DNA of 64,000 bases from Amoebophrya sp. A120. Lineage: Eukaryota; Protista; Dinoflagellata. The notes beneath the pieces were generated by a model, which did not search any database, was not told the DNA's origin, and worked only from the letters and a program-made list of their open reading frames with translations. Positions within the stretch are counted from its first letter, which is position 1; every line of letters begins with the position of its first letter. The translations under genes were made by a program, and so were the position numbers. The stretch covers positions 1,841,151 to 1,905,150 of the forward strand of contig CAJINV010000007.1 of NCBI GenBank assembly GCA_905178155.1, written 5' to 3'. This document shows positions 10,839 through 24,985 of this stretch, one piece after another.

Positions 10839-13800
10839 ATGGGTTTCGGTCTGCAGTGGGTCCTGTCCGATGAATCGCACTACCGGGAGTTTGTGTGCAA
10901 GATTTGTCTGGACCTGGTCGAACTCCCCGGGACGTACACCAAGTGCTCGCACGTGTTTTGTAACACGTGTCTCCGCCAGTGGGTGCACTCGCTCGCGGAC
11001 ACGAGAAGTAATGCGCCCGGCAACGATCATGATGGGTACTATCTCGACGCTTTCATGGATCACGCAGGAGGGAATGCCTTCGGAAGTGGCGGAGGTTCAT
11101 CCGCGAACGCTTTCTCTTTTTCCCCGCCCTCCGACCGCAGTGGTACTACGCAGACAGTTCCAACGATTCCCTGTCCCGCGTGCAAGGAGCCACTGACCAT
11201 GAACAGAGACCTTTTTGTCTTGCCGAAAAGGGAGCCCTTGGCGAGCCGCTTGCTGAGCAACATCCGGTGTCGATGTCCCTTGGAAAACGGCTGTCCCTGG
11301 CAGGGGGACTACTCGGAACTGCAAGCGCACTTAACAAATCGGGACGCGCACAACGCACCGAGAGCAGGCGGCGGGCTGGAAAATGCTAGTTCTACACCGC
11401 CGACAAAGATGGCGGGTGTCACGACTGGTACTAGTCGTGATAAGATGGACACCATATCAACACAAGAGGACGAAACAGCGCAGGTGACATGCCCCACGGC
11501 ACCAGGAGTGGGCGATACTGACGCCGCAGTATTTTCGACTCGTACCGGCGGCTCGACGAAGCAAGTTTCTGCACCGGGAACAAATGGTAATGGAAGCACT
11601 AACACTCCCACACTACCTGTACCTCCACAAGCCCAAACCCCCTCCATCTCATCTCCAGACTCATCAGACCCGAGTGCTCTGCTGAAAGAGCCCGAGGGCC
11701 TGAAAGAGCTCGGGAACGCCAGGTTCAAAGCCGGTGCCTATCAGGACGCAATACAGCTGTATTCGAAGGCCTTAGCGACACTCCCAGACATAACAAGCTC
11801 GGGCAGTTCATCTCGACCAGGCTCGGCAGCTTCCGGAGGACCAGCGAAGAACACGGGTAATGCTAATAAAACAGCTAGCGCAGCGTCCTCTTCCTCGCGC
11901 GCCGGGGGTTCTTCCCAGTTCATCTTGCCCCCTTCTCCACTCCAACTTGCCACTGAAAGATTGCAGGCCCGCCTGCAAGCCAACCGCGGCGCCTGCTGGA
12001 TGGCGCTCGGCGTGCACAAAAGCGCCGTTGCGGACTGTCAGGAGGCCTGCAAGGCTGACCGCTATTTCGCAAAAGCCTTCGTGCGGCTGGCGTCCGCGAT
12101 GTTTTTGTCGGGATCCAGTGTGCAAGAAGCCATCGCGGTTCTGATGGCAAGAATCGGACAAAACGAGCAAGATAATGTTTCTAACCTCAGCACATGCACA
12201 TCGCAGTCGCACACAAGCACATCAACTCCTTCTCTAGCCACCGCTTCCGAAAAGGACCAATGTCTGAAGGAAATCCGTGCAAAAGTCTCCGAATTCTCCC
12301 TCCTGGCATCCGCGTTGAAAGATGGGCAAGACGCGCTTTCCACCCTGCAAGTTCAGAAATGCGAGCACCTGTTTCAGCGCGCGCACGACCTGGCCGCGAC
12401 CAGCTTCGGCGCGACCCAGGTGCCGCCGGATTTGCAGTTGTGGCTCGCGCGGGCGAAAATCGCGAATGGCAAATCCGACCACGCGAATGGAGTGACCAGG
12501 AGGGTTTTGCGGGGGAACAAGACGAACGCCGAGGCTTTGACGGTGCAATCCACAATATTACTCATCGACGGAGAGACGGAAAAAGCGTTGCAATTATTGA
12601 AGGAAGCGCTCCGGCTCAATCCGGACTTGCAGGAGGCGCAGTTTGTTTTCCGGAAAATCGCGAAACCCTTTTCAAACGCCTTGCAAACCGGGCGGGAATT
12701 CGTGAAAACGCGAGACTTTGCGAAGGCGCTGGACGCCTTCCTCGTTGGGATTGGGTTGGTTCGCGAAAAACTACAAGCGCAGAGAAAGACGAAAGTGAAT
12801 GGTGCACCTACAACTGGTGCAGCTAAGGCTGTGCCAATAAACGGGTCGTGCACAGAGGAAGGACAGCAGGAGACTCCGCTGATTGAGCCAGTGTCTTCAA
12901 TTGCCAGTGGTTGTAGCGGCCAAGAACATCAAACCACTGGGAGGTGGCCCACGTCGACCAAGGATGAATCTAGCGCAATCTTCCCACCTCCGCCTCCGGT
13001 CGACACTCTCGCGAAGGAAGCCGCGGTTGTTCTCGGTTTATCGACCTCTGTGCTCTACGTGCAGCTGCTCTCGGAAGCGGCTACCGCGTCGTTTCGCTTG
13101 AAGCGGTATGACGCAGCGTTGAAATTGTGCAACGACGCGCTCTACGCCCGAGCCGACTACTATGGATGTGTCAGAGTTGAAATCGACAGAGTTGAAATAA
13201 TCTGCCATGCATAAAATGCAAGGCATGCAGTGCCTGTCTTGCCGGGATGGCAAGCGAGGCCGATTGTGAGCCTGTTTAGAGTTTGAAATAGAGCTACTAA
13301 ACTAGCATGATAAAAGCAGTCTCCAGTGCCTAAACAGCATGACAAATTGGATTCCGGTTCTTGGAAAATTTGTCATGCGCCGCTTGATAAGTGGGCTTCC
13401 GACTGGTATCGGTGTGATGCATGACAAACTATTTCAACTTTGACGATTTCGATCCTGACACACCCATAACTACCGCGACGCGATTGTGTTACGGGCAAAC
13501 ACGTTGGTGAACCTGGGTAGGTACCAAGAGGCGGTCCAATCGCTAGAGGGGACCACGCGGTCGATGTTTGAGCACGACGCCCTTGTCCAGCACGCGCACC
13601 AGAAGGCGGTGTTCGAATTGCGCAAATCACAGAGACCGGACTACTACGACGTTTTGAGTAAGCCGTACAAGACGACGCAACAGAGGCCAGCAGCGTGGTC
13701 TTCAAAGCAGGATGGCGACAACAAAGAGGACCAAAGCAGCTCAAACTGCGAAAGCGCAAATAATCCAGTTCCAAACGGTTCGTCAAATTCAGAAGGCGAA

Positions 13801-14280
13801 AATCACGTCACGAATCACGCCCAGAAACGTGTCAAGCGAAACGATTCAGATAATGTGTCGGATCTCGATGAACACAACTCCGAAGCAGAGCCTTGCTCCT
13901 CCCCGAAAAATATGGAACAGGAGCAACAAAAAGCAGAACAAGAAGACGAGCACCAGCAAAACAAGTCCTACTACAAGCTCTCTTCCTTCTCCACCCAATT
14001 TGACATCAAAAACTGCTACAAGCAGCGGTGTTTGGAGCTCCACCCGGATAAACACGCAGGAGAGTCGGAGGCGGATCAGAAAGCGGCGAAAGAACGTTTT
14101 CAGCTGGTCGGGGAGGCATTTGAGATTTTGAACGACGACGCGAAGAGGAAATTATGGGACGAAGGATATGACAAGCAGGCAATTGAGGAGAGATTGCGCA
14201 TGATGAACGAGGCTGCGCACAGGCACTCGGGGTGGGGCAGCCACGGTGGTGGCGGGGGAGGGCATCATCACCACCATTAA
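10839..14280 (+). CDS. RING finger + TPR + DnaJ-domain protein (DNAJC7-like with an N-terminal C3HC4 RING and a TRAF/Sina-type zinc finger); exons 10839-13160, 13474-14280
   Basis: CKIC...CSHVFCNTC...CPAC; CPLENGCPWQG..LQAH; TPR LKELGNARFKAGAYQDAIQLYSKAL; J domain RPDYYDVL...LHPDK...FQLVGEAFEILND..KRKLWD. Confidence 0.88.
13161..13468 (+). mobile_element. Introner family A, inverted-core variant (308 bp), TSD ACTAC
   Basis: tatggatgtgtcagagttgaaatcg...cgatttcgatcctgacacacccata. Removal gives ARADYRDAIVLRA. Confidence 0.93.
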
Positions 14281-15272
14281 GTAGGTAAATTTTGGTGTGC
14301 AGTAGAACAAGAAAAAATGATGTGCAAATAGTAATAGATATACATATAGAGACTTTCCGTACGCCTACGAATTCCTCTCGAAAACAATTCAGCAGCCGAT
14401 GGCACTACTGCCGTCGGCAGGCAGCACCTTGCTCGATGTGTGTGAGGCTGCATCCGAGTTTACTGTTCGTCACGTGGTTCTGTTTATTTGACGCATGTGA
14501 TGTTGTCCCAGCACTTCTACATCGGATCATAGCACAAGGAAACGCACGGCTTCTTTCGATGGAAAAGAAATAGCTGATCGTAAGCAGCTTCTGTTGTCGT
14601 ACTGAGCAGGTGAGGATCCTACAAAGCCGCGCGGACGTCTGGTCTCCGTTAACATCATGACGAAGAAGATCATGATGATCACGATAGTGATCCATTGGAT
14701 CGCTTCAGGTGCTCTACGTCGGATCAAAAAGTGTACTTTCAATTTTGTACAGCACAGAAGATCTCCTGCCATCTAATTCAAAAAAAAGCTACTGTGCAAT
14801 TGATCCCAGCGTAAAATGATTTCAGATTTTGAAGTCCCGAGTGTGCGTCGTGTGGTATTCAACGAATGAAGCAAGATCAAATGTGGCAAGATGCGTGCTC
14901 CGAAAATGAATCAACTACGTAAAAAAGATCTATTGTTGCTGTTGATCCTGCCATGAGAAAAATGATCTTCCAGATCAAGCCTTAAATCTGCGCTCTAATC
15001 GAGTTCTGCAGCATGCACGAAAAAAATGCTCCCCTCCGCTCCTGCGTGATACTGCTTTCGATTCTTACATACAACGAATGCGCACAGGCCGTGTTTGATG
15101 TGCAAGCCCAAGCCGTAGTTGTATGCTACATTTATTTCTGAACATATTTTAAGGATAAAGAGCAAGGTTCTACTTACTACGTCTACGGTGCCAGCAGTAG
15201 ATACATAGTACAAATTTCTTTTCAACATCTTCTAGTCCCATCTTTTTCAAACGAACAGAAGAGAAAATCAAA

Positions 15273-18200
15273 ATGGCGAAGAGCAAGAGCATGAAGAGCA
15301 AACCGGTGAGCAAGAGTCTCTCCATCGCCAAGGCTGCGATGGCACGCGACTTCCTAGCTGCGACAAAAGCTGAACCTGGGAAAAAAGCTGCAACCAATAA
15401 AACTAACGAGATGAACACTGCAGCGAAGAAAGTAGATGCCAGTTTTTTGGCAACAGCAAGCAAAAATCCACCAAAAGCAAAACCCCCGGCGACCTCCTCC
15501 GTGAAGAATAAAAAACCTGCTCTTGCAGGAGGAGCGTCTTCGTCGAAGAAGCGTCCGGCTGTAGTGGAACAACCCGAGGACAACGAATCTGACCTCGAGG
15601 AGGAGGAGTTTTCCGATTTGGAAGAAGAGGACCTCTCGACCTTGGACGAGGAGGAGATGTCAGATTTAGACATGCTATCAGAGGAAGAAGAGGAGGAGGA
15701 GGAGGAAGCAGCACAAAGCAGAAATACAACCGCTGCGAAAGCTGATACCAAAGACGCTACTTCTTCAAGTAAAACCGCGAAAGGTAAAGATTCCGCAGAA
15801 GCTCCAAAGGTGGCTACAGCCACCGACAGTACAACAAAGCAGAGCCTGTTCGAAGATTCAGACGAGGAGGAGGAGGAAGAAGACTCCGACGACCTGATGG
15901 ACATCGAAAAAGAGCAGGAAAACATCGATAAAGAGACCGCAGCGACTAAGAAGGCAGCCGCGGCTTACCAGAAGGAGGTGGTTGAAAAGAACCAGCAGGA
16001 CCTGGACTTAGCGGAGAATAGTGAGGACAAGGACTTGCTGGAAGCCGCCGCACTGGACAAAGGGTCTGAGGACGAGGGAGAAGATGGGGAAGAGGAGGGG
16101 GATGCAGCGGATAAAAAAGCAGTGCCAAAAGCCATGGAGATGTCAAAACTGAAAGCGAAAATGGAAAAGAACATCGAACTGCTGAACGACTGGAGTACTT
16201 CGGATCTTATTTTTTTACATGGCATTTTTCGACACAAGGAAGATGATTTTTATATTTTGTTCTTGGTTGTGAACGAGAACGCGGCGTCGCAGCTCACATG
16301 GTGTACGTATAAGTGGTAGCCCAATTGAAGAAGATTCCTCGTTTGCATACAAACGTTTCAATATGGATTGGCTACGGAACAAGACGTTCTTCCCGACAAA
16401 AGGAATCAAACATAAGTATATCAAAACAAAACAGAAACCCTCGGCCGTGCGTCTGCGCGAACAAGGCAGGAGGTCCGGGATGAGGTGTGCGAGCTGGTCA
16501 CCATGTACTATGGCTACAATCCGGAACTCGCCAAATATTTCCTCGACATGTTCCCGCCGGAAGAAGCTCTCTCCTTCTTCGAGGCCAACGAGAAGGCCAG
16601 ACCAGTGACCTTGAGGACCAACACTCTGAAGACGAGAAAAACCGATCTGGCGAAGCAATTGACCGCAAGAGGGGTCAACGTGGCGAACATTGGCGAGTGG
16701 TGCAATCGGGAGGGATTGAAGGTATATGCAAATAGTGACAACGTGTTCCGATTTTCATGATTTATCATGTTTCATCCCCATCATGAACATGAAGTGGAAT
16801 CGTTTCAATCAATAGAAAAAGAAAAAGTTGCTGTGCAAAACATGAACAAGCACACAGCTGCAGTTTATTGCGTGCTAGAATCATAGCAATTATTTTCCTC
16901 CACCCCCCTCAGGTCCTCGACTCCTCCGTGCCGGTTGGTGCGACTCCGGAATACTTGGCTGGGCACTACATGATCCAGGCCGCGTCGTCCTTTGTCCCGG
17001 TGCTCGCGTTGAACCCCCAGGAGGGGGAATCCATCCTCGACATGGCAGCAGCGCCCGGGGGGAAGTGCACGCACGTCGGGCAACTGATGAAAAACACAGG
17101 AACGCTCTACGTCAACGAACTGCAAAAGCAGCGACTTTCGTCTTTGACCGGGAACATACACCGTACGAATTTTGAAGATTTGCTGGCTCTTATTTCTCTT
17201 GCTGGTTTTTGGTACAAGAACTACTCGGGATTTGCATTTGGTTTATTCTCTTACATTTGCTAATCATGTCTTGCTAGTCCTCTAATAAAGCACTCATGCA
17301 TGATAAACCAGATATGGCATCCAGATCCAACCGCAAGGAGGCCGGAAAAATTGAAATACGAATCCAAAAAACAATAGGTCTGGGCCTCACCAACACGGTG
17401 GTGCTGAACTACGACGGTCGGGAACTTCGGGACGTCCTGCCCCCACACAGCCTGGATCGGGTCCTCCTGGACGCGCCCTGCTCGGGCGCGGGTATCGTGG
17501 CGCGGGACCCAACGATCAAGTCGAAGCGGAATCTACTCGAGTTTGAACAAACCGCGCAACTGCAGAAGCAGCTGCTGCTCACCGCGATCGACCTTTGCGA
17601 CGCGAAGAAGAACGGTATACTACCAGGGTTTTGTGTGTTGTACTATCACTAAGGACAGACTTCTTGTAAAATAAGTGCTCAGCACTCTAAAACTTCAACT
17701 GCTGGAAAAATGTCGCTTGCATGTTGCCGATGGAAGAGAAGATCATACTCGACAGATTTTTCCAGCAATTATCCGTATCAAAAATCGATTTTAAATCACA
17801 CTACCCAGGCACGATCGTCTACTCCACGTGCTCCGTGTCTGTCGAAGAGAACGAGATGGTGGTTGACGCCATCCTGAAGAAGAGGAATGTCCGCTTAGTG
17901 GATTTCCGGAAAGAAATCCCCTTCGGCGTACCTGGGTTCACGTCCTACCGGGAGCATCGGTTTGACAAAACGGTCGAGAAAACGCAACGATTCTACCCCC
18001 ACCGACACAACATGGACGGGTTTTTCGTCGCGAAGTTCGAAAAGTTTTCCAACGATTTGCCGAACTTGACGAAAAGAGAAAGGAAGGCAAACCCGGTGGT
18101 GCACTGGGGCAAGGACAAGTGGGAACAAATGGCTGAGACACTTGTGGAGTACGGTGAGGAGCAGGAAGAAGTAGATGATGAGAACGCGGCCACGGGAGCT

Positions 18201-18497
18201 GCAGAAGAAAAGGATGAAATAAATTCGGGCTCTGACAAGGAGCAGGACGGCGAAAAGAGATCGAATGGAGATGAAAGCGCGAGTAAGAAATCAAAGAGCA
18301 AAGTAAAGGGTAAGATATCATCATCAACAGCAGCAGGTTCTGGTTTAGTGGACCACGGAGCGAATGCGGCGCTCGCAGAAAAGATGAGGCTTTTCCGAAG
18401 TGGAGACAAGGCGAAGCTGAAAAAGATGGTCGCGAAAGAGAAGAAAGGTGAGGGCAAGAAAGGTAGTTTGGGGAAAAAGAAAGTGCACAAGAAGTGA
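15273..18497 (+). CDS. NOP2: 25S/28S rRNA m5C methyltransferase NOP2/NSUN1; exons 15273-16194, 16435-16721, 16913-17162, 17378-17614, 17809-18497
   Basis: Acidic N-terminus, YYGYN, RPVTLRTNTLKTR, VGATPEYLAGHYMIQ, ILDMAAAPGGK, DRVLLDAPCSG, VYSTCSVSVEENE and RFYPHRHNMDGFFVAK. Four GT-AG introns. Confidence 0.95.
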
Positions 18498-19056
18498 CTG
18501 CAGCAACAACTTGATGCGCTCCAATAGCTTCTTTTGCTTCATTTCGCATACTATTTTTACTGGCACTCGACCGCACCGCACTCACGCTGGTGCACCAAAA
18601 ATAGCGAGTACAGTGTAACTGACTCGAAATTCAAAGCAAGAATAACATGAGGCTACTGCAGCTCTATGATTTATGCAAATGCTCATGATGTGAAAATGAA
18701 AATTGAACTACATCAAGTTATAGACTCATGCAGTAGTCGAGCACCATCGCATGCACCTGCACGTCTCATTTTTTTTCTTCTTCGTCCGTCCCCGACGTGT
18801 CTTCCACTGAGGGCTGCGAGCTCAACGCTTTCACAGTTTCAATGTCGTGAGTCAAGCGGAGAGCTAGAGAGTCCGGTTTCACTGAGAGGAGCATCGATGT
18901 TTTAAATTTGTTTATTCAAAAAGCTGTAAGAGCAGCTTGTCTTTTGTATCTTTTCGTTTCTCTCTACTAGAAGCGCCAGCACGACCTGCTAGTGTCGTGG
19001 CGGGGGCATATTTATTTTCATTTCTCTGTTCATCTGCCAGACCTATCAGTTTTACC

Positions 19057-22000
19057 ATGTCGGGTGATGAATTTTTGCAGGACGACGGTCCGCCTGCCTC
19101 GCTGCTAGAGGGTCTGGACATCGAGCGTCTGGAGGCGCTCGCGGGAGCGGGAATGGACGGCAGTGAGGATTTTCACGTCAATGGGGTGGAGGTGGAGAAT
19201 CGCGACCAGAGCCGAGTCGCCCGCACAACTGGAGCAGATAGTACTTTAACTACGAATCAGGAGCCACATCCTGACTCGACGCCATCACCAACATCAATAA
19301 CGAACCGGGGAGGTGCTGTGGGCGCAGGAGCGGCCTTGAGGTCATCTACTTCGAGGACGTCGACTAGTGCCATGAATCATGGCATTGGAACTATCCAACA
19401 AGAGGAGGCCGATCTTGTCCTCGCAAACAATAATCCTCCAGCAAACGTTCTTCGTGGCAGTAGTTGCAAAGCCTCTACTAGTTGTACCTCGTCGTCTCCA
19501 GCATCACGGAATTCTGGCGCGACGACAAAAGTCTCTTCTTCCAGAGGACAGCAGCACACAGGTGTTTCTTCTAGTACGACTAAGATTTATTCCCGGAACA
19601 CGAGCGGGCAAGATAACTACCCAAGCGAACAAATAGAACTACCGCTTGGGGGTGTAGTTGCAACTGAAGGAGGTACAACTTCTACAACTAGACCTACAAG
19701 TAGAGCAGATATAATCGGCGGCCGCGCGAATCTGGCTTCTACCCTGCAAAATGCTCGCGATCGTGGCACAAGCAACTCGCTCGGCGAGCATTCGTACTCC
19801 TCGTCTGGATCCTCGCCACTTGCAGGACCTGCGAGCGCACCCTCAAGTTCGTCAAACTATCAAGGAGAAGCACATCAAAGCCGGAACAACATCAACTCCT
19901 CGGCGATAAATTCGCCGTCGACTGCAACATCAGGGCGGGGGGCGGGTCACCGCCAAGTTCTTGCCACCATGGGTGCTGTGCCTCTGCTCTCCGAGCAGGA
20001 TCATGGTGGTCAACAGCACGGTGCGAGCGTATTTGTGAGTGCTGCGGCACAGCAACTCACCGCATCATCCTCTTCTTGTTGCTCATCTTCCTCGTCCTCC
20101 TCTAGTGCAGCAGCCTCGTCGGCGACCACCGCCTCTGCTCCCGGGGCAGTGTGGGGCGGCGGGGTGACTACAACATCGACAATAAACAGCCTTTCATCAA
20201 CCTCTGGCTCGGGGGCCACTACCGGCCCCACGCCAACAGGCATGCCATTACCCGCAGCGACGATTTTTCACAACACAGGAGCTGGAAGTTGTACTACCAG
20301 CGGCGTTAACGGCACGTCGCGGGGTGGAACCAGTACAGCTATGGGCGGTGGTGGGCAGCTTCTCGCCGGAACAACTACGAGCAGTACTAGCAGCACCTCG
20401 TCAGTAATCTTCACTGCTGTAACTACGCCGAGTGGGGATGGTGCAGCAACTTCTTCTAGTGCAACGAACCGAATGAGCAGCAACAGCAGCGCAGGGGGAG
20501 GAACTTCTGGACCGCCAGTTCTAGTGCACAACAACTTTTCAGCTGCTCACACGCCCAAAAGCAGCGAGCTGAGCAATTCGCAGACGAGGGTAAACGCCGT
20601 GCGGACCCCGCCGAACTGTGGTTCGGAGACGCCGCCGGCTGTGGGGCACAGTAGCTCGAGGAACAGCAACCATGGGGACAGCAATATCATGGGAACGAGC
20701 GGCGATCTGAACAAGTCCAAACGGATTTTACGGCTTTTCTCGCCATTGCAGGGACCGGGACGCTATCGCATGGATGCAAATGCAGAGATGAAGAAGAAGT
20801 GCTAGCACGCAAGCAAAGTAAAATCGCGGTTTTGCCTCTGGATTCGCTATCTGCATCGACGCATTTTCGATGCTCCTGGATTCGCTAGCATCTACAAGAT
20901 CTCTCTATCGAATGCGGAAAAAGTGCTTGTACTTATAATTAATTTTTGCAATGATCTCGATGACGCTCCTCGTAGTTAGCAAGTATGTGTGTCATGCTTG
21001 CTTCTACTTCAACATCAACTTCTTTTTCCCTGCATAGACGGAGCAAGGAGGGTAGCAAGGAGCAAACGAAGAAGAGCTGGAATGAAGTAGTTGGGAAAGT
21101 GCAGAAAAGTGACGGTATATTGATATCTCGATCGTTCTTTTTTGTCTAAATGTTGCATGTAAGACGATGGATCATCATCTTCTTCATTTTCATGGATGGC
21201 GAGTCAGTTGTGCACACGTCCAAAGAGCAATCGCACCGGCGCGACATCAGGAATACTCTTTTCGATTTTCTGTCTCTGACAAACCTCAAAGTATAAATCG
21301 GTAGTAGAAGATCAATTTTTTTTGGCCCTTAAACATCAGGTAGTGTCCGTGCCTCTCCGCCCGGGAGTGGCGCTCCCGCGCGACCCCGAAGCCACGACGG
21401 CAACACCCCCGACAGTAGCACCTCCGCGCACGCGGTAGCCATGCCAGAGCCGCTGCGTCAGTACCACCTGTCGGTTTTGGATCAGAATTGCTCCACGAGC
21501 ACGACGGGCTCGAGCCGAACCTCCCTGCCATTTCGAAGCAAGGGGCTGATACGGTAAATGAAGAGCTGAACTTTGTTTATATTCCACTAACAAACTTGAT
21601 CTGATGTGAGGCTCTCGTCTCAGTGCTGGTAATATAAGAAGTTCAAGTTTATTGCGTGGTTCGTTGTCATGTCTGTATCTAACACTGCCACTCTAAGACA
21701 CTCCAACTCCTACAACTTCGACGAGATGATATTCACATTCATCAGCTTCCTCTTTCAACAGGTATTTGAAGGAGGTCCTGACACAAATCGACACCAACAT
21801 GCGCAACGGGCACATTCCGAGCAAGGAGAAATTTGAGAGATTTCATTCGCAGCTTGTGGAAGCGGTCAGGAAATGGACCCGACCAGCAACTGGGCATGAC
21901 ATGGTATTTTTATAAGTAAGTAATTTCATCTGAATTTCTTTTGTCACAGTCACGCTTGATGTGGAAAAACATTTTCAGTGATAGTCGACATCGAGTAGCA

Positions 22001-23587
22001 CTAGAACATGACTATGCTAGTACAACATACGAATCAATGGCTTTCTCCCATATTGCAATGTGCTCAGCAGCTTTCTACGTTGATTTCCAAAAAATATCAG
22101 ATCCAGCTTGCAGAAATTCTGGCTCCCCTGAGGCAAAAGATAGAAGGCCCTGTGGAGTTACACAAGACTCTGCGGAGACTGGTGAGAAGGTTAATGGTCT
22201 ACGAACGGCCTCGCGGTGGCGGAAGCCACGACGAGCCTCGCAGCTCCACGCGGTGATTGACGTCGTGTGTCTGGAGAAAACTACTGACCCAAAATTCAGC
22301 CTAGTAGACCGAAGTATCTTCTACAAAAATTTGATGATATTAGTATATAATTTTGATCTCCTAACCTTTCGATTTAGCATGTCGTCGGGCACCACCAGCA
22401 CGCATTCATGCTTAGTTGTTGGTAGCAAGCACCAAACATCAATCCTTCGTAACTTGTTATTACAAGATTAGAAAGTTGAAAACAAAACCAAAAGTCATGA
22501 GGAGCGCCACCGCTTCGAAGCCGAGAAAGTCATTGTTTCCTATCGACGCCTGATGCAAAAATTGATTATTTCTTTGATGAAAGTGTATAGTGTGAGTCTA
22601 GTCTGAGGTGGAACAAATATTGTTCTCGTCACCCGCCTCACGTGTAAGGCAAGATGAAAAAAATAGCACCTGAAGATTTCCATCGAGTTTTTTTTTTCTT
22701 TCAAATATTACTTTACACCCATCACGTTGTTGGGTAGATCTGGATACTTACTTGATGAAACGCGATAAGGACAAGGCTTTCGGTAGATAGTGCCGGACAC
22801 AACCACCACCAGCTCCAGCGCCGTCTTAATTATCGCTATCCGTTTCGAGTCGCCGGAGAAGTAGAAAAATGATTTCTGCCTCACGGCCAGCACCGAGTAG
22901 ACAGGTATTTTTAAAAAAGAAGACTATAGACGACGGACCTACTTCTCATGTCACAGCAAAAGGGTGAGATCAAGGACCGCGATCTGTCGTCCCTGAGGTA
23001 TGTCATATTACGCGTTCATTATCGTGGCCGTGTCGCCATTTTTTGCATGGACGTCGACTTGTTATCGCTGGAAAAGTCTTGTTTGAAAAAAATCACGGGC
23101 ATCTATATTAATGACTGGTTGTTTTTGTTTATCTCTTACTCTTTATGATTTTTACATCAGTACAGTAAGTAGCCATGGGTTTTTTTGTACCTTTCACGTT
23201 CATCTCTTTTCGACTTGTACTAAATCGCAGAAGCAGGAGCAGCTCACGGAAAGGGTGAAAACAGTTACATTAATATCTTCGGAGTACTTCTAAACTAGGC
23301 TACTGCATCTACGTGCCAGATACAGAGAGTTGAATTCCACCACAGCGCAATCTATTTTCCGCGTTTTCGGCAGTATCGGCCACCCGTATTTGTTATTGTT
23401 TCTTTTGCCATTAAGACAATATTTGCTTTTATCCTTCCTGCCAAAATTCCAATTTCGAACAGGAAGTAACTCTGTTTATCATCAACAACAAAACTACGTC
23501 ATAATGTCGGAGCCCCTGCGTGGAGTGCTCGCCCACATAGAGAGACTGGCAAAAGACGCTCATGCAGAAATCAGCGGACAGAAGTAA
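19057..23587 (+). CDS. Unknown multi-exon protein with a long S/T/G low-complexity N-terminus; 3' exon structure approximate
   Basis: Long first exon (MSGDEFLQDD... to about 20720), then AG/GT-bounded coding-like blocks near 21038-21115, 21340-21553, 21762-21903, 22068-22253, 22957-22997 and 23463-23587. Confidence 0.5.
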
Positions 23588-24985
23588 TAGTAAAGTAGAA
23601 CTTTCAAGAAGAAAAATACAGATGACGCATTTCGGACGACAAAATTGCTAAAAAAGATACTAAGCAATCCTAATTTGTAACTTTTCGCCTGTTGCTAGGA
23701 AGGCCTAACTACTTTTACGATTTCGGCATTCTTGCACTGATTGCTACGGAAACGCAAAATTTATAAAATCGCTGCTTCATCTCCACCACTTAGCTACTAC
23801 ACTACTATATCAAGCGATTGAAAAATGTTTTTACGTCTTCCGTTTTTGCGTTCTTGCAAGCCAAAAGCAGCCACCTCGTGTATAAGTATATGCATATGAA
23901 GAAAAGAAAGAACAATATAGAAACTCACTGGCCTCTTTTTTTGCTTACCTACGCAACAGGATCGATTACGATAAGCTTCGTGAAGGTAGTCACCTTTTCA
24001 CTGGTATTCATTGGCTCAGGCGGGCTCGTCGAGCACAGCCCGCACCACTCGCACCAGATGATTCCTTACTCTTTTTGTGCAGATTTCGTTCGCATAATGG
24101 GCGAAAATAGATAGTGAAGACGAGGCCCTTTCTAATATTTCAGCGACCAAGAGTGCCCTCTTGCTTCAAGCGGATGAAAAGCGGTGTCGATCGTATGAGG
24201 AGGAATAAGGAACAGCAACAAGTTGTGAGTAAAAATAATATGGATATGCAGTTTTCGTTTTGTAATTCTGGTGTACATTAGTCATACCCGCCCACCTATT
24301 TGCGACCACACTAGTATCGCTCTACTTTCTGAGCGGTATCTCTGTAGTTGGGAGTTTCTTAAAAGGTTTTTTTGCATCAATGAGCAGAAGCTTGCCTTGC
24401 AGAAGTCAAAGGACTACAGCTCTTGCGGGCTCTGCCATTGCACTCCGGAATTATGAACATGATGGTCTGAATGCCGCAGCGTTGGCGATTGCTGGAGAAA
24501 AGGAACATTTTTTTTCAAGCTCGATGATTTTTGCAGCTACTGTAAGTAGCACGAAATTGCAAACTCGACATAGGTAGTTGCGCCCCACAGAAGCAAATAT
24601 GACAGACGGAAGAACGATTCCGCCCAATTCGCCTGCACATGCCCAGCGAAAGTCTTTTTTTCTGTTTCTTTCTGAAAAAATTGATCAGCAACTACAAGAT
24701 CAAGATTCACTCCAATAAAATATATTTTGTATTACCAGAAGATGAATGAATGCGCTACCCACAGAGCTGCTCCTGTTGGTGCTCGCATGGTACAAACTCT
24801 CTGCGACCAACTGGTGGGCTAAGCTTTACTTGTGCAGGAGCGTGTAGTCACACTTTCGGAAGAACAATATTATCTAGTTTCCGTTTCTCTTTCTGTCTGT
24901 TGGATAGTAATACGTCGCGTCACCTACTAGCACGGGTCCCGGACGGTGCGGGGAAGCCGCTACTAAACATCAAATAGAAATACTA

